A stretch of DNA of 64,000 bases from Mobula hypostoma (GCF_963921235.1 NC_086097.1:60328001-60392000), one strand, 5' to 3'. Positions 36,890-50,169 are shown, counted from the stretch's first letter. Numbers and translations are program-made. Notes: a model not told the origin generated them from the sequence alone.

Positions 36890-37980
36890 TGACCATATCT
36901 GCAGCAAGAGTTAGCTGTTTGAGGAATTTAGGTTCAAAGATGATGAACTTGAATCTGAGCTTCAAACATTGTGATGCACCAGAGAGGGTGTTGACTTATC
37001 TGGACACTGTGTTTCAGGAGGCTGTCACACTCAAATTTGGTCTGTGATCTGGGACAAGATAATGTGACTGTGAGTGAGGCCGGTAGGAGGATGCAAGATG
37101 TAGAGCTGGAGAAGACTCAGCCCTTGAGATTGTCTAACAGGTCTGAGATTGTTGCTCCTTATGTGGATGGAAGTGGGGGCCGTGGGGAGGACGAGCAACT
37201 GAACTGTGGCATTATTGTTCAGGAAGCCATTCAAGAGGGGGAGGAGAAGAGAAATGCAGTTTCACTTGGGGACTGCTTAGCCGGGGGCAAAGACACAATT
37301 CTCTACTGCAAGGTCTGAGACTCCTGAATGCGGTGTTGCCTGAGGTACAAAGGGACTTGGAAGACAAGTACAGGATTCCCTAAAGGTGAGTTGGTTGTAA
37401 GGAAGGCAAATGCAATGTTAGCATTCATTTTGAAAGGATTATAATACAAGTATGCAATGCTGAGGCTTTATAAGGCATTGGTCAGCCCATATTGCGAGCA
37501 TTTTTTGGACCCAAACCTAAAGAAGAATGTGCTGATATGGAGAGGTTCCAGAGGACGTTTAGGAGAAGGATCCTGGAAGTGAAAGGGTTAACATAAGAGG
37601 AGAGCTTGATGGCTCTGGGACTGTATTCATTGGAGTTTAGAGGAAGAGTGGGGTATCTCATTGAAACCTATGGAATATTGGAAGGTTGGTCATAGTAATA
37701 TGAAGAGGATGACTCTTTTCAAAAGAGGAAGCCTTAAGGAATTTCTTTAACCAGAGGGTGGTGAATCTGTGGAATTCATCACTATAGATGGCTGTGGAGG
37801 CCAAGTCATTGGAGTATATTTAAAGTAGAGATTGATATGTTCTTTATTGGTAAAGGGTGTCAGAGGTTATGGGGAGAAGGCAGGGGAATGGGATTAAGAA
37901 GGGAAATAAACCAGCCATGATTGAATGGCGGAGCAGTTCGACAGGCTGAATAGCTTAATTTTCTTCTGTCTTATGGCCTA
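36890..37980 (+). mobile_element. CR1 remnant (ORF1 fragment joined to 3' end)
   Basis: PLRLSNRSEI ORF1-like motif, then CR1 3' coding region and UTR. Confidence 0.65.
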
Positions 37981-38030
37981 TATATGCATTTTTATTTATC
38001 AGCATTACTTATTTTGAGGTTTCACTTATA

Positions 38031-39243
38031 ATTAGATTAGATTATGAGAACGCTCAGTTCTCTTTTATTGTCATTTAGAAATGCATACATGAGGAAAGAC
38101 ATTCTTGCCATAGAGCGAGTACAAAGAAGGTTCACCAGATTGATTCCTGGGATGGCAGGACTTTCATATGATGAAAGACTGGATTGACTAGGCTTATACT
38201 CGTTGGAATTTAGAAGATTGAGGGGGGATCTTATCGAAACATTTAAAATCCTAAAGGGATTGGACAGGCTAGATGCAAGAAGATTGTTCCTGATGTTGGG
38301 GAAGTCCAGAATGAGGGGTCACAGTTTGAGGATAAAGGGGAAGCCTTTTAGGACTGAGATTAGGAAAGACTTCTTCACACAGAGAGTGGTGAATCTGTGG
38401 AATTCTCTGCTACAGGACACAGTTGAGGCCAGTTCATTGGCTATATTTCAGAGAGAGTCAGATATGGCCTTTGTGGCTAAAGGGATCAGGGGGTATGGAG
38501 AGAAGGCAGGTGCAGGGTTCTGAGTCGAATGATCAGCCATGATCATACTGAATGGCGGTGCAGGCTTGAAGGGCCGAATGGCCTACTCCTGCACCTATTT
38601 TCTATGTTTCTATGTTTCTATGTTTCTATGATACAATGTTTCTCCGGAGTGATATCACAGAAAACAGGACAAACCAAAGACTAACACTGACAGCACCGCA
38701 TAATTATAACATATAGTTACAGCAGTGCAAAGCAATACCATAATTTGATGAAGAACAAACCATGGGCACAGTAAAAAAGTCTCAAAAGTCCCTGAGTCAA
38801 TTGACTCCCGAGTCCCTGATAGCAGGCGACAAAAGGGAGAAACTCCCTGCCATAAACCTCCAGGCACCGTCAACTTGCCGATGCCTTGGAGGCAGCCAAC
38901 CACAGCCGACACTGAGTCCACCGTCCGAAAACTTTGAGCCTCCGACCCGCCCCTCCGATACAGCCTCCCGAACGCCATCCTCTGCCGAGCGCCTTCCACC
39001 GTGCCCCAGCCGCCGAAACATGCAAAGCCGAGGATTTCGGGACCTTCTGCTCTGGAGATTCTGGTTACCACACAGTAGCAGCGGCAGCGAAGCGGGCATT
39101 TCAGAAGTTTTCCAGATGTTCCTCTGTACTCTCACATCCGTCTCCATCAAATCAGAATTGTGCACAGTCCCCTACTTGACAGATAACAGATATTCATCAC
39201 CAGAGAGGCCGTTCATGCTGCCGTCGTGCCGCCATCTTCTCCT
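38031..39243 (-). mobile_element. non-coding GC-rich retroposon (split by CR1 at 38091-38630)
   Basis: Full-length homolog at 56101-56797; starts AAGATGGCG, ends AATAAA plus (AATCT)n. Confidence 0.75.
38091..38630 (+). mobile_element. young CR1 3' end
   Basis: ORF 38203-38523 EFRRLRGDLIETFKILKG..FFTQRVVNLWNSL; (TTTCTATG)n tail. Confidence 0.92.
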
Positions 39244-39889
39244 CATGTAGATTTTGAATGGAATGCGTTAGAAATTCAATAGTATTACTTGAGCCTTTAT
39301 TTTGTGCATTGTATACCCAGCTGTGAAACGGAGAACTCCAAGGAAACACGATTTTCAGCTGAAAAACTCCTTGTTACAGTTCCTCTAATTAGTAATGAGG
39401 GTTGCAATGCTACTTGGAGGAATATGACGAGTCCACTGTGATTCCTAAAACATAACTCAGCATGTAAGCTTTCAAAATCGTATTTGTCCTTCAACTGACA
39501 AGTAGTTAGCAACCAACGTCAAAAGCTGATCATGGTCAACCCATACACCCAACAAGTGTGTATATTTCATTCATGATCAGACATTTTGAAATGCTAGCTG
39601 TTTTGTGCCAGACCAACAGATGATTCATAGGGTCATAGGCTAACCGCTCACTTTATGGCTCCTCATTGCAGTATGCACTTAAAGAGATTCTGGAGTCTGT
39701 AATTGTGATAACTACCATTGCACCATTGGCAACGTTGTGGAAACTGCCACTGGGCTCTACGGGCAGAGATTTTGTTACCTTCATGGCTTTCCAGAAAGAC
39801 CTTTCTGCAAACGTACTTTGTAGTTATCTACAGAAGCTTTCCATAATGTTCTCACTGCATAATGCAAGCAGTGTTTAAAATATGGAAAG

Positions 39890-40178
39890 AAGGTAGAAGG
39901 AGATGAGTTATTAACTTCAAACTTTCTGCATAATCGCTCAAAGAGTTGAATTGCACATGCATGTAACGAGAGCTGTATAACTCATCTCCTTCTACTTTAG
40001 GCCACAAACTTGGAGGTCCAAGACGACGACTTCTACAAAGAAGGGATCCGGATGCTCCAAGACCACTGGACTAAGTGTGTAAATGTCGGAGGGGACTATG
40101 TTGAAAAATAAATGTGCTAGGTTTTCTAAAATAGACTCCTTCTGCCTTAGGCCACAAACTTATCAATCACCCGTCATA
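39890..40178 (+). mobile_element. mariner-family deletion derivative
   Basis: Encodes FYKEGIRMLQDHWTKCVNVGGDYVEK*, a mariner transposase C-terminus; right TIR ending at TA; internal inverted repeat. Confidence 0.8.
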
Positions 40179-42047
40179 TGTTGCAGCTGCTACATTTGAA
40201 TAAGCTGCTCCTATTGCATCACAATGATTTCAGGAGGATATCTACATATTTCAGTGATTCCAAATGAAGGCAACTTATTGCTATTTCCAAAAGATTATTT
40301 CAAAGCTCATCTGAACTGAAAAGACACACCATCATAATTAATACAGTAATTTTAATGTTGAAATAATTAGTCCTTTTTGTATTTGCTTAACACTTCATTG
40401 GTTCCCTTGTTTTTAAAGTGGCTAATATACCTACTTATGAATAATAAAATTGGGATCATGGTTAGTAAAATGTCCTTCAGAAAGTTCATTTCCTGTGGCC
40501 AGTAATTGCAATGTAGTTTTCTTAAGCTAATGTGGATATAGAAAGTGGTGGATAACATATTAATTTACTGAAAAAACATAACATTTCCTTTCACAGTTAA
40601 ATGATTGCAGAAAACTAGCTTACATAATGGAACAGAATTACTCAATGGAAATAATACCACTTGCATTTTCAAACTATATTAACAATATTATAAATAGGGT
40701 CTGGCAACAAATATTTCAAAAATGGACAAAACTGGAATTAGGAAAAGTTTTTGAACAAAATAAATATATAGGACAATTATTAAGCCAACTGTCAAATCCA
40801 TGATAAATAAGATGTGTTCTGTTTGTAAACGTGGGTTGCTTGGAAGACCTATTTAAATCAGATACATGTTTTATCTGCTTAAATCACAGCAGAATACTGC
40901 ATCAGTATTCTAGCAGGCAAAACACTGGCTGAGAGATTGATATTTCATTCCTAAGTCTTCTCACCATCTTTCAATGATGCAATAACTCCAGCTTAGAAGC
41001 ATCCAAAGCCAAGGCTTTCTTCCACAAAAGCTACTTATGGAATCTCACCTGCTACAGTACAGCACAAGAATAGGCCCTTTGGCCCCCAATTTTGTGCTGA
41101 GCCAATCAAATTAGCAATTAAATGACCAATTAAACCAATCACAAACAAATATGTAATCAAATGGCTATTAAATTGAACTTTTCTGCCAACACAATGTCCA
41201 TATCCTTCCATTTCTGTCACATTTATGTACCTATTTAAATGTCACTTAAAAGTCGCCAAGGTGTTGTGTCTGCCTCTGCCACCGCAGGCAGCTCATTCCA
41301 GGCACCTACCACTCTATGTGAAAATAAAAAAAATCTTGCCCCTCAAATATCCTTTGAAATTAGCTTCAATTTAAATGCATGCCCTCTGGTATTAGACATT
41401 TCAACTGTGGGGGTAAAAATGATGCTGTCTGTCAACTATCTATGCCTTTCATAATTTAATAAACCTTTATCAGATTTCCCCTCAGTCTCCACTGCTCCAG
41501 ACAAGGTAACTGAAGTTTGTCAAGACTATCATTATAGCCCATGCCCTCCAATCTAGGCAGCAACCTGGTAAGTCTATTTGGCACCCTCTCCAAAGACTTG
41601 ACATCCTTCCTATAAAGGGGTGACGAGAGCTGTATACCATACTCCAGATGCAGCCTAACCAGGGTTTTATAAAGCTGCAACGTAATTTCCTGACTTTTGA
41701 ACCCAATGCCTTGACTATTAAAGGCCAGCATGCTATACTATCAGTCTGTGTAATCACTTTCAGGGAGCTGTGAATTTAAACCCCAAGATCCCTCTAGTTA
41801 TCAACACTGTTCAGGGCAATACTATTATCAATGTACTATATCTTTACATTTTCCCTACCAAGGTGCAACACTTGATATTTATCTGGGTTAAACTCCATCT
41901 GCCATTTCTCCGCCCATATCTGCAACTGATCTCTATCCCATTGGGTTCTTTGCCAGACTTCGACGCTATCCACAACACCACCGATCTTTATATCATCTGC
42001 AAATTAACCCATTCATCTGCATTTTCATCCAGGTCATTTATAACATC

Positions 42048-42715
42048 ACAAAGGCAAGTTTACTTGTATAGTATAGCACTTTTCAAACACAAGACAATTC
42101 AGAGTGCTTTACATAGAGTAAGATATAAATATCAAACATGAAATTTCAGACAATATAAAAGAGAATAAAAACACGCAAAAATAGATATGATAAATAGATT
42201 AAAAAACAACTAAAAGTTACAGTGCAGGAGATTCTAATTAAAAGCTACAGTGAAAAGAAATGTGTTAAACCTTGATTTAAAGGAGCTCAAAGTGGGGCAG
42301 ACCTCAGATCCTCTGGAGGGTTATTCCAGATATATGGAACACAGTAACTAAAAACTGCTTCTCCATGTTTAGTTTTGACCCTGGGCACGATAAGCAGTCA
42401 CGTCTCAAATGATCTGAGAGCTCAGGAAAGTTCAGAATGCAGCAAGAGTTCGGAGATGTATTTTGGCCCTAGACCATTCAGTTTTATAAACCAGTAGTAA
42501 TATTTTAAAGTCAGTCCTCTGATGGACAGAAAGCCAGTGTAACGATCTGAGAACTGAAGTGATGTGTTTTACTTTCTTGGTCTTAGTGAGGACTCTAACA
42601 GCAGTGTTCTGAATGAGCTGCAGCTGTCCAAGGGATTTTTTACAGAGACCTGTGAAAATGCCATTACAGTAATCAAGCTTAGTAAAAATAAATGCATGGA
42701 TGAATTTTTCTAGAT
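42048..42715 (-). mobile_element. L2-clade LINE 3' fragment
   Basis: Minus translation EKFIHAFIFTKLDYCNGIFTG..LQLIQNTA..HITSVLRSLHWL..DFKILLLVYK; L2-type tail. Confidence 0.85.
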
Positions 42716-42896
42716 ATTGGTGAGACAGATAGAAAATCCCTGCAGAACACTGGTAAACACAGACCTCCAGTTAGAACAAGTCCCTTCGACCACTACCTTC
42801 TGTCTTTTATGGACAAGCAAGTTCTGAATCAAAATGGCTAATTCACTAAGGATCTCATTCACCTTAATCTTCTGGATGAGTCTCCCATGAGGCACC

Positions 42897-43091
42897 TGTT
42901 GAGTTCTGTTTATGTGGGACATGTAAGGATTTAGTACGAATGCGCTCTCTCCCTGTTATGCGCATGCATGCAAGAAGGGAGGAGGGAATTGTTGGATGGA
43001 AAGGTAGAGGCCCTCAGGTATAGAACAAGACTTTGAAAATAAAGTTGCTTAAACAAAACAAAAATGTGTCCTTGTTGTTTGGGAATTAACA
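42897..43091 (+). mobile_element. short solo LTR (195 bp)
   Basis: TGTT...AACA ends, TSD GCACC/GAACC, AATAAA near 43038; interrupts CR1. Confidence 0.7.
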
Positions 43092-43184
43092 GAACCTTGT
43101 CAAATATCTTATTAAAACCCATGTAGACAACATCCAGAACTCTACCTTCATCAATCATCCTCGTTACCTCATCAAAAAATTCAA

Positions 43185-43470
43185 TCATAGTCATAGTCAT
43201 AGTCATACTTTATTGATCCCAAGGGAAATTGGTTTCCATTACAGTTGGACCATAAATAATTAAATAGTAATAAAACCATAAATAATTAAATAGTAATATG
43301 TAAATTATGCCAGGAAATAAGTCCAGGACCAGCCTATTGGCTCAGGGAGTCTAACCCTCCAAGACAAGAGTTTGATGGCCACAGGCAGGAATGACTTCCT
43401 ATGACGCTCAGTGTTGCATTTCGGTGGAATGATTCCCTGGCTGAATGTACTCCTGTGCCCAACCAGTCTA
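43185..43470 (-). mobile_element. non-LTR 3' end with (ATGACT)n tail, Rex1/Babar-like
   Basis: TCATAG repeats next to TTTATT on the plus strand; upstream sequence resembles an SF.P.AI-type C-terminus. Confidence 0.55.
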
Positions 43471-43769
43471 TTATGTTAATAAGACACAATGAGGTTAATA
43501 AGACACAATTTGCCCCACACAAATTCATGCTGGCTTTCTCTAATTAGGCCATAATTTTCCAAAATGCTCATAAATACTATGCTTAAGAATTCTCTCCAGT
43601 AATCTCCCTACCACTGCTGTAAGGATCACCCATCTATAGTTTCCAGGACTTTTCCTGGTTTCCTTTTGAATAATGGGACAACATTAGCTACTCACCAGTA
43701 CTCTGGGACCTAGCCTGTGGCTAGAGTGAACACAAAGATATTGGTAAAATCCAAGGTCATGGCTTTGAC

Positions 43770-44570
43770 CAACTGATCGTGGCTGACCCATTACCTTCTC
43801 AATCCCATTCTCCTACCTTTTCCCCATAAGCTTTCACACCCTGACTAATCAAAACACTATCAATCTTTGCCTTAAATACACCCAGTGACCTGGCTTCCAC
43901 AGCGACCCGTGGCAATAAATTCCACAGATTCAACACTCTCTGGCTAAAGAAATTACTCACATCTCTGTTCTCAATGGACGTCTCTCTATTTTGAGGCTGT
44001 CCCTTCTGGTCTAAGATTCCCCCACAAAGGAAGCATAATTTTCACATCCACTCTATCTAGACCTTTCAACATTCGAAAAATTTTAATTAGATCCGCCACC
44101 CCCCCCTCCATTCTTCTAAATTTCAGCAAGTACAGCCCCACAGCCTTCATTTGCTGCTTATTCCTGGAATCATTCTCGTGAACCTCCTCTGAACCCTCTC
44201 CAACGACAGCACATCCTTTCTTTAATAAAGGAAAGGTACGTCGCATCCGGAGTTTCTCCGGTTAGCGGACGATTTCCCTTCACGCCTCTCTGGCGTACGA
44301 GGCAAGTTACAGCAGTGGTTTGCCATTGCCTTCTGCCGGGTGAGTATCCAAAGAGACTACCAGCTCGTAACCCAGCATGGATGGAAGTGTACGGGGAGCC
44401 AGCTGGAATCGAATTCAAGACCTTTCGTCCCGAAGTCCAATGCTGATGCCACTACGCCACCAGCTTGGTCCCTTTCTTTAATAAGGGGCCCAAAATTGCT
44501 CATAATACTCCAAGTGAGGCCTCTCCAGTGCCTTGTACAGCCTCAGCATAACATCCTTGCTTTTATATTT
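43770..44570 (-). mobile_element. CR1 3' fragment
   Basis: DLIKIFRMLKGLDRVDV; interrupted by a SINE. Confidence 0.75.
44229..44470 (-). mobile_element. tRNA-derived SINE with RTE-type body
   Basis: 14-bp TSD CCTTTCTTTAATAA; head GGTGGCGTAGTGG..ATTCGATTCC; GGCAATGGCAAACCACTG motif. Confidence 0.8.
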
Positions 44571-44577
44571 CTTTACT

Positions 44578-45660
44578 TGCAGTCAGTTTGGATGGCACCA
44601 TCTCCTCCATGATGCCCATCAGCACGGGTGCACCACATGGCTGTGTGCTTAACCCCCTGCTCTACTCAATTCACACTTATAACTGTGTGACTAGGCACAG
44701 CTGCAATGTCATAGGCAAGTTTGCTGATGTAACTACAATCAGCATACAGGAGGGAGATTAAAATTCTGGCGGAGTGGCATTATATCAACAATCTCTTACT
44801 CAATGTCAGTAAGACCAAGGAGCTGATTATTGACCATGTGGAGAAAACCAGAGGTCCAGAAGCCAGTCCCCTTTGGAGGATCAGAGGTGCAGGGAGTCAG
44901 CAACTTTAAGTTTCTCGGTGTTACTACTTCAGGTGACCTGTCCTGGGCCCAGCATGTAAGTGTAATTATGAAGAATACACAACAGCACATCTACTTCCTT
45001 AGGAGCTTGAGAAGATTCGAAATGACATCTAAAAATTTGACAAACTTGTAGAGATGTATCGGGGAGAGTATATTGACTGGCTGCATCATAGCCTGGGATC
45101 GAAATACCAATGCACTTGAATGGAAAATCCTACAAAATGTAGTGCATATGTAGCAGTTCATTATGGGTAAAGCCCTTAACACCATTGAGCACATTGTTGT
45201 CACAAGAAACCAGCATCGATCATCAGGGGCACCTGCAACCCTGGTCAAACTCTCTTCTGACTGCTGCCATAGAGAAGGCGGTACTGGAGCCTTATCACTC
45301 ACAACACCAGGTTCAGGAACAGTTATTATCCTTCAGCCATCAGGCTCTTGAACCAAAGGGGGTAACTTTACTCTTCTTCTCTTGTCCCATCATTGAAATA
45401 TTCCCACAGTCTATAGGCACACTTTTAAGCACTCTTCTTCTCATGTTCTCAATATTTGTTGCTTATTTACTATTTCTTTCTTTTGGGATTTTCACCGTTT
45501 TCTGTCTCTTGCACATTGCCCAAGTAGTGCGGTCTTTCATCGATTCTTTTATGGTTATTCTATGGATTTTTTGAGTATGCCTGCAAGAACATGAATCTCA
45601 TGATTCTACATGGTGACGTGTATGTACTTTGATTATTAGTTTACTTTGAACTATGAACTT
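44578..45660 (+). mobile_element. Rex1/Babar-type LINE 3' half, decayed
   Basis: KFAD motif, VSNFKFLGVTTSGDLSWAQH; TTTGAAC tail. Confidence 0.8.
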
Positions 45661-46485
45661 TATCCACTTCAATACTCTTTAAGAGACCAAACATTGCCTC
45701 CTTCTTTAACTCGATATGCCATAGCATATTAATATGCTCAGCACTAACCTTCCTATCATTCACGCCCTTCACCTTAGTAAATACTTTTGTAAAGTACTCA
45801 TTAAGCACCTCATCCACATCCTCCACATCTAAGCAAATGTTCCCCTCTTTATCCATCTGTGGATCTACCCTCTTCCTAGTTATCCCCTTATTCCTAATTT
45901 ACTTTATGACTAGATTGCCTTTATAATCCTACTTGCCCAAGACTTTTCATGGTCCCTCCTGGCTTTCCTAATTTCCTTCTTGAGTTCTTTTCTGGCTTCT
46001 TTATAATCCTCGAGGGCTCTGTTTGAATTTATCTTCCTAAGCTTTACATACTTTTCCTTTTTCTTCTTGATTAAATTAATCACTTCTCTCGACATCCAAA
46101 GTTCTCCTTGTTCTTCGTTTCTACTGCAACGTACCTGTTCTGTACTCTGTGTAGTTGGTCTTTAAATACCCTTCTGATGTCAGATGTGGACTTGCTCAAA
46201 AACAGCTGTTCCCAGTTAACTCTCCCTAGTTCCTGCCTAATGCTCTCGTAATTTTCTCTGCTCCAGTTTAATACTCTTCTGTTAGGTCGATAATTATCCT
46301 TATCTATAGCCATCTTAAAACTTAAGCAGTTGAGGTCACTTCTCACTCATTGAATGTTTGGTCACATGGCCAGGCTTGTTGTTCAACATAAGGTTCTGCA
46401 GATTCCTGAAAACCAGAGCAACACACACAATACTGGAAGAACTCAGCAGGTCAGGCAGCATCTACGGAAATGAATAAACAGTCGA

Positions 46486-46516
<31 letters not shown>

Positions 46517-46822
46517 GTGTGTGCTGCTTGTTATCCAACACTAGGTACAGTACAGCCCCTCCTCTTGTTGGATTATCTTATGTCGATGTAACAAACCCTC
46601 CTGGATGCACCTACCACATTCTGCCCCATCTAAACCTCATACACAGACAGTCCCAGTTTATATTAGGGAAGTTAAAGGCCCCGTGACAACAACCTTATTC
46701 ATTTTACACCTTTCTTTAATCTGCCTGTATATGTGTTCCTCAATGTCCTGATGGCAATTGGGGTGTCTGAAGTACAATCCCATCAGACTGGTTACACCCT
46801 TCCTATTTTTGAGTTCTACCCT
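45661..46822 (-). mobile_element. CR1 endonuclease/linker fragment
   Basis: VELKNRKG..GLYFRHPN, KKEIRKARRDHEK, EVLNEYF. Confidence 0.75.
46394..46523. repeat. Penelope terminal-repeat fragment followed by (TG)n microsatellite
   Basis: GCAACACACACAATACTGGAAGAACTCAGCAGG as at 34165; (TG)n at 46485-46523; diverged ~20-bp flanking duplication. Confidence 0.7.
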
Positions 46823-47294
46823 TATGGCGGGGTGGTGGGGTAGAGATATATCTCCACCAAAGGAGGTTCTAGGGCATTCCTTCCCTTTGTCAGCCTTCAG
46901 GTCACCCTTGGGAAGGTGTAGCGCCTGCCTAGCATCCCAATCAGGGTTACGTGAAGCTATGGGTTGTGGTGGATGGTCATATGAGCAGATGGTACTCTTT
47001 GTTCTATCTCTGTATAACTGGGTACACCCATACATTTTGTAAAGGAAGTTGGTCTGGAGGTGGTCCAATTGGCCTTTGTCATCTGTGTCTGCATTATATT
47101 CAGAACCTGCCTGGAACCTGGTGTAAGCACTTCCAGGAAATCTTGAGGAAGTAGTTCACGTGTGAGTCTGTCAGGGTCATCTGTTGAATCCAACCCATTT
47201 AGGTGGTCTCTAACACCGAGTGGGAGACCGTATTTTCCGGCACCTTTGCTCTGTCTAACATGAAAGGTAGGATCACCTGATAGCTACCTATTTC

Positions 47295-49052
47295 AATTCA
47301 GATACAGCATATAAAGAGTAAAAGAGAGGCAAGAATGAATATTGGACTGCTGGAAAATGATGTTACTGAGGTAGTAATGGGGAAGAAAGAAATGACGGAT
47401 GAACTGAAGAAGTATTTTGCATCAGCAAAACGCAAGCAATATACTTGAAATCTGAGTGTCGGGGCAGAGGTGAGTGCAGTTGTTATTATTATGACGTAGC
47501 TTGGGAAGCTGAAGGCTAGATAAGTCATGGGGATCAGATGGACTACATCCCAGCATTCTGAAAAAAGGAGCTGAAGAGATTGTGGAGGCATAAGCAGAAA
47601 TCTTACAAGACTCACTAGATTCCAGAGAGGTCCTGTCACTCTTCTCTTGAAGAAGAGAGGGAGGCAGAAGAAAGCATATTATAGGCCAGTTAGGCTGACT
47701 TCAATAGTTGGAAAGATGTTGGAGTCCATTATTATGGATTAGATTCAGGCATGTAATAGAATAGACCAAAATTATCATGGTATCCTGAAGGGAAAATCTT
47801 GCTTGACAAATCTGTTGGAGTTCTTTGAAGAAATAACAAGCAGAATAGACAAAGAAGAATCAGTGGATGTTATTTACTTGTTTTTTTTTGAAGACCTTTG
47901 ACAAGGCGCCACATATGATGCTGCTTAGCAAGGTAATATCTCATGGCAATACAGGAAAAAATACTAGCATGTATAGAAGATTGGCTGATTGACAGGAGGC
48001 AAAGGTGGGGGGGAATAAACGGAGCATTTTCTGGTTGGCTGCTGGTGACTAGTGATGTTTTGCAGGGGTCAAAGTTGGGACATTTCTTTTCACATGATAT
48101 GTCAATGATTTAGATGATGGAATCGATGACTTTTTGGCCAAGTTTGCAGACAATATGAAGATAAGTGGAGGGACAAGAAATGGGGAGTCTGCAGAAAGGC
48201 CCAGACAGATTAGGAGAATGGGCAAAGAAGTGGAAGATGAAATATGGTGCAGGTAAATGTATGGTTATGTACTTTAATGGAAGGAATAAAGGCACAGACT
48301 ATTTTCTAAGAGGGGATTAAATTAAAGAATCAGAGGTGCAGAGGACTTGGGAGTCTTTGTACAGACTTCCTTAAAGGTTAGCTTGCAAGTTGAGTTGATG
48401 GTGAGGAAGGCAAATGCAATGTTGGCATTCATTTTAGGAGAACTAGAATACAAGAGTAAAGGTGTAATGCTAAGACTTTATAAGGCATTTGTCAGACTGC
48501 TCTAGGAGTATTGTGAGCAATTTTGAGCCCCTTGTCTAAGAAATAAATGTGCTAGCATTGGAAATGTTTTAGAGGAGGTTCATGGGAATCATTTTGGAAA
48601 TGATAGGGGTTAATGCATGAGGGAAGTTTGATGGCTCTGGGCCTGTACTCACGTGAGAAGAATGAGGGGATATCATTGAAATCTATGTAATATTGAAAGG
48701 CCTGTGCAGACTGAATGTGGATAGGACTTTTTCTATTTTGGGTGAGTCTAGGACCAGAGGGCACTGCTTCAGAATAGAGTGACATCCATTTAGAACCAAA
48801 ATGAAGAGGAATTTCTTTAGTTAAAGTATAGTGAATCTGTGTAATTTATTGCCACTGCCAGTTGTGGAGGCCAGGTCGTTGGGTATATTTAAAGCAGAGG
48901 TTAATGGGTTCTAGATCAATCAGGGTGTCAAAGTTATGAAGAGAAGGCAAGAGAATGGGGTTGAGAGGGATGATAAAGAATTGATGGAATGCCAGCCCAG
49001 ACCCGATGTGTCAAATGGCCTAATTCTGCTCCTATGTCTTATGGCCTTATGG
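47295..49052 (+). mobile_element. CR1 ORF2 3' half, decayed
   Basis: YRPV.LTS, GKSCLTNLLEFFEE, KFADN motifs; CTTATGG tail. Confidence 0.85.
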
Positions 49053-49640
49053 ATTCCCATTCCCATTCTGACATGTTGGCCCATGGTGCCTTCTACTGTC
49101 AAGAAGAGACAAAATTCTGGTTGGAGGAGCAGCAGCTCATATTTGGTCAGAGTGGTCTTCAAGCTGATGACGTGAACATTGATTTCTCTAGCTTCCAGTA
49201 ATTTCTCTCTCCCCCACCCCCATTCCTCCCTCTCTTGTTCCATTCATCATTCTGGTTATTCTCTCACTCCTGCTTTTCTCCTCAGCTGCCCATCATTTTC
49301 CTTTGGTTCTCTTCCTCATTCTCTTTCTTCCATGGTCCTCTATCCTCTCCTAGTAGATTCCTTCTTTAGCCCTTTACCACTACCACCTATCACCTTCCAG
49401 CTTCTTACTTCATTACTACTTCTCCCCCACCTACCCACCCACTTTCCACCTCACCTGGTCTCACCTATCACCTCCCAACTTTCTTGTTGTGGTTTCTGCC
49501 TCCTTTCACTTCCAGTTCTGATATAATGTCTCAGCCTGCTATGACAACTCTTTATTTCTCTCTATAAATGCTGTCTGAATTATAGAGTTGCTGCAGCATT
49601 TTGTGTGTGTTGGACAGAATTCCCAGCAGCACTTGTGTTT
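49053..49640 (+). mobile_element. Penelope-like 3' fragment, decayed
   Basis: SHSHSDMLAHG..LEEQQLIF matches the 6826-7116 C-terminus; terminal repeat follows. Confidence 0.8.
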
Positions 49641-49799
49641 AACAAAAAAAAACCCAACTGGAAGTGATACAATTTTGCTGGCCATGCTGTGTCTGGCACT
49701 ATTGACATTTTCATCCAAATATGTTTGTTAATCACACATAAGATAATTTGCTTAGCAAGTTTATAAGCACTTTACAAATCCACATTAATCATTGTGGAA

Positions 49800-50100
49800 T
49801 TTCGATTAGTTTTATTTGCAAAACATACAGTGAACACATGCAGCAAAATGCATCATTTGCATCAACAACCAACACAGGACGAGGATACGTGGGGGCAGCC
49901 TGCAAGTGTTGTCATGTTTCTGTCACCAACATAGCATGCCTACGACTTACTAACTCATACATCTTTAGAAATGGGAAGAAACTGGAGCACCCAGTCACAT
50001 GAAGGACATACAATCTTTTTACAGAGAGCAGCAGGAATCGAACTCTGATTGCCGGCATTGTAATACCATTGCTCTAACCACTGTGTTTCCATGACACCCT
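49800..50100 (-). mobile_element. tRNA-derived V-domain SINE variant
   Basis: Head with GAGTTCGATTCC B box; GGGTGCTCCAGTTTCTTCCCA V-domain-like block. Confidence 0.6.
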
Positions 50101-50169
50101 TCTGTAGTCTTCATTCCAGTCATCTTCACCTGATAATAATTTGTGCTATAAGACTGACAGTCAAACCTG

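Larger units (their letters stand above)
41050..43760 (-). mobile_element. CR1 fragment with three nested insertions
   Basis: LQLYKTLVRLHLEY, LRGNLIKVY, IEFFDEVT..DVVYMGFNKIFDKV; pieces are collinear across the inserts. Confidence 0.8.

Noticed and set aside
38655..39250. Overlapping GC-rich ORFs here and at 55932-56634
   Set aside because: Frames are not preserved between the two repeat copies; expected in GC-rich DNA
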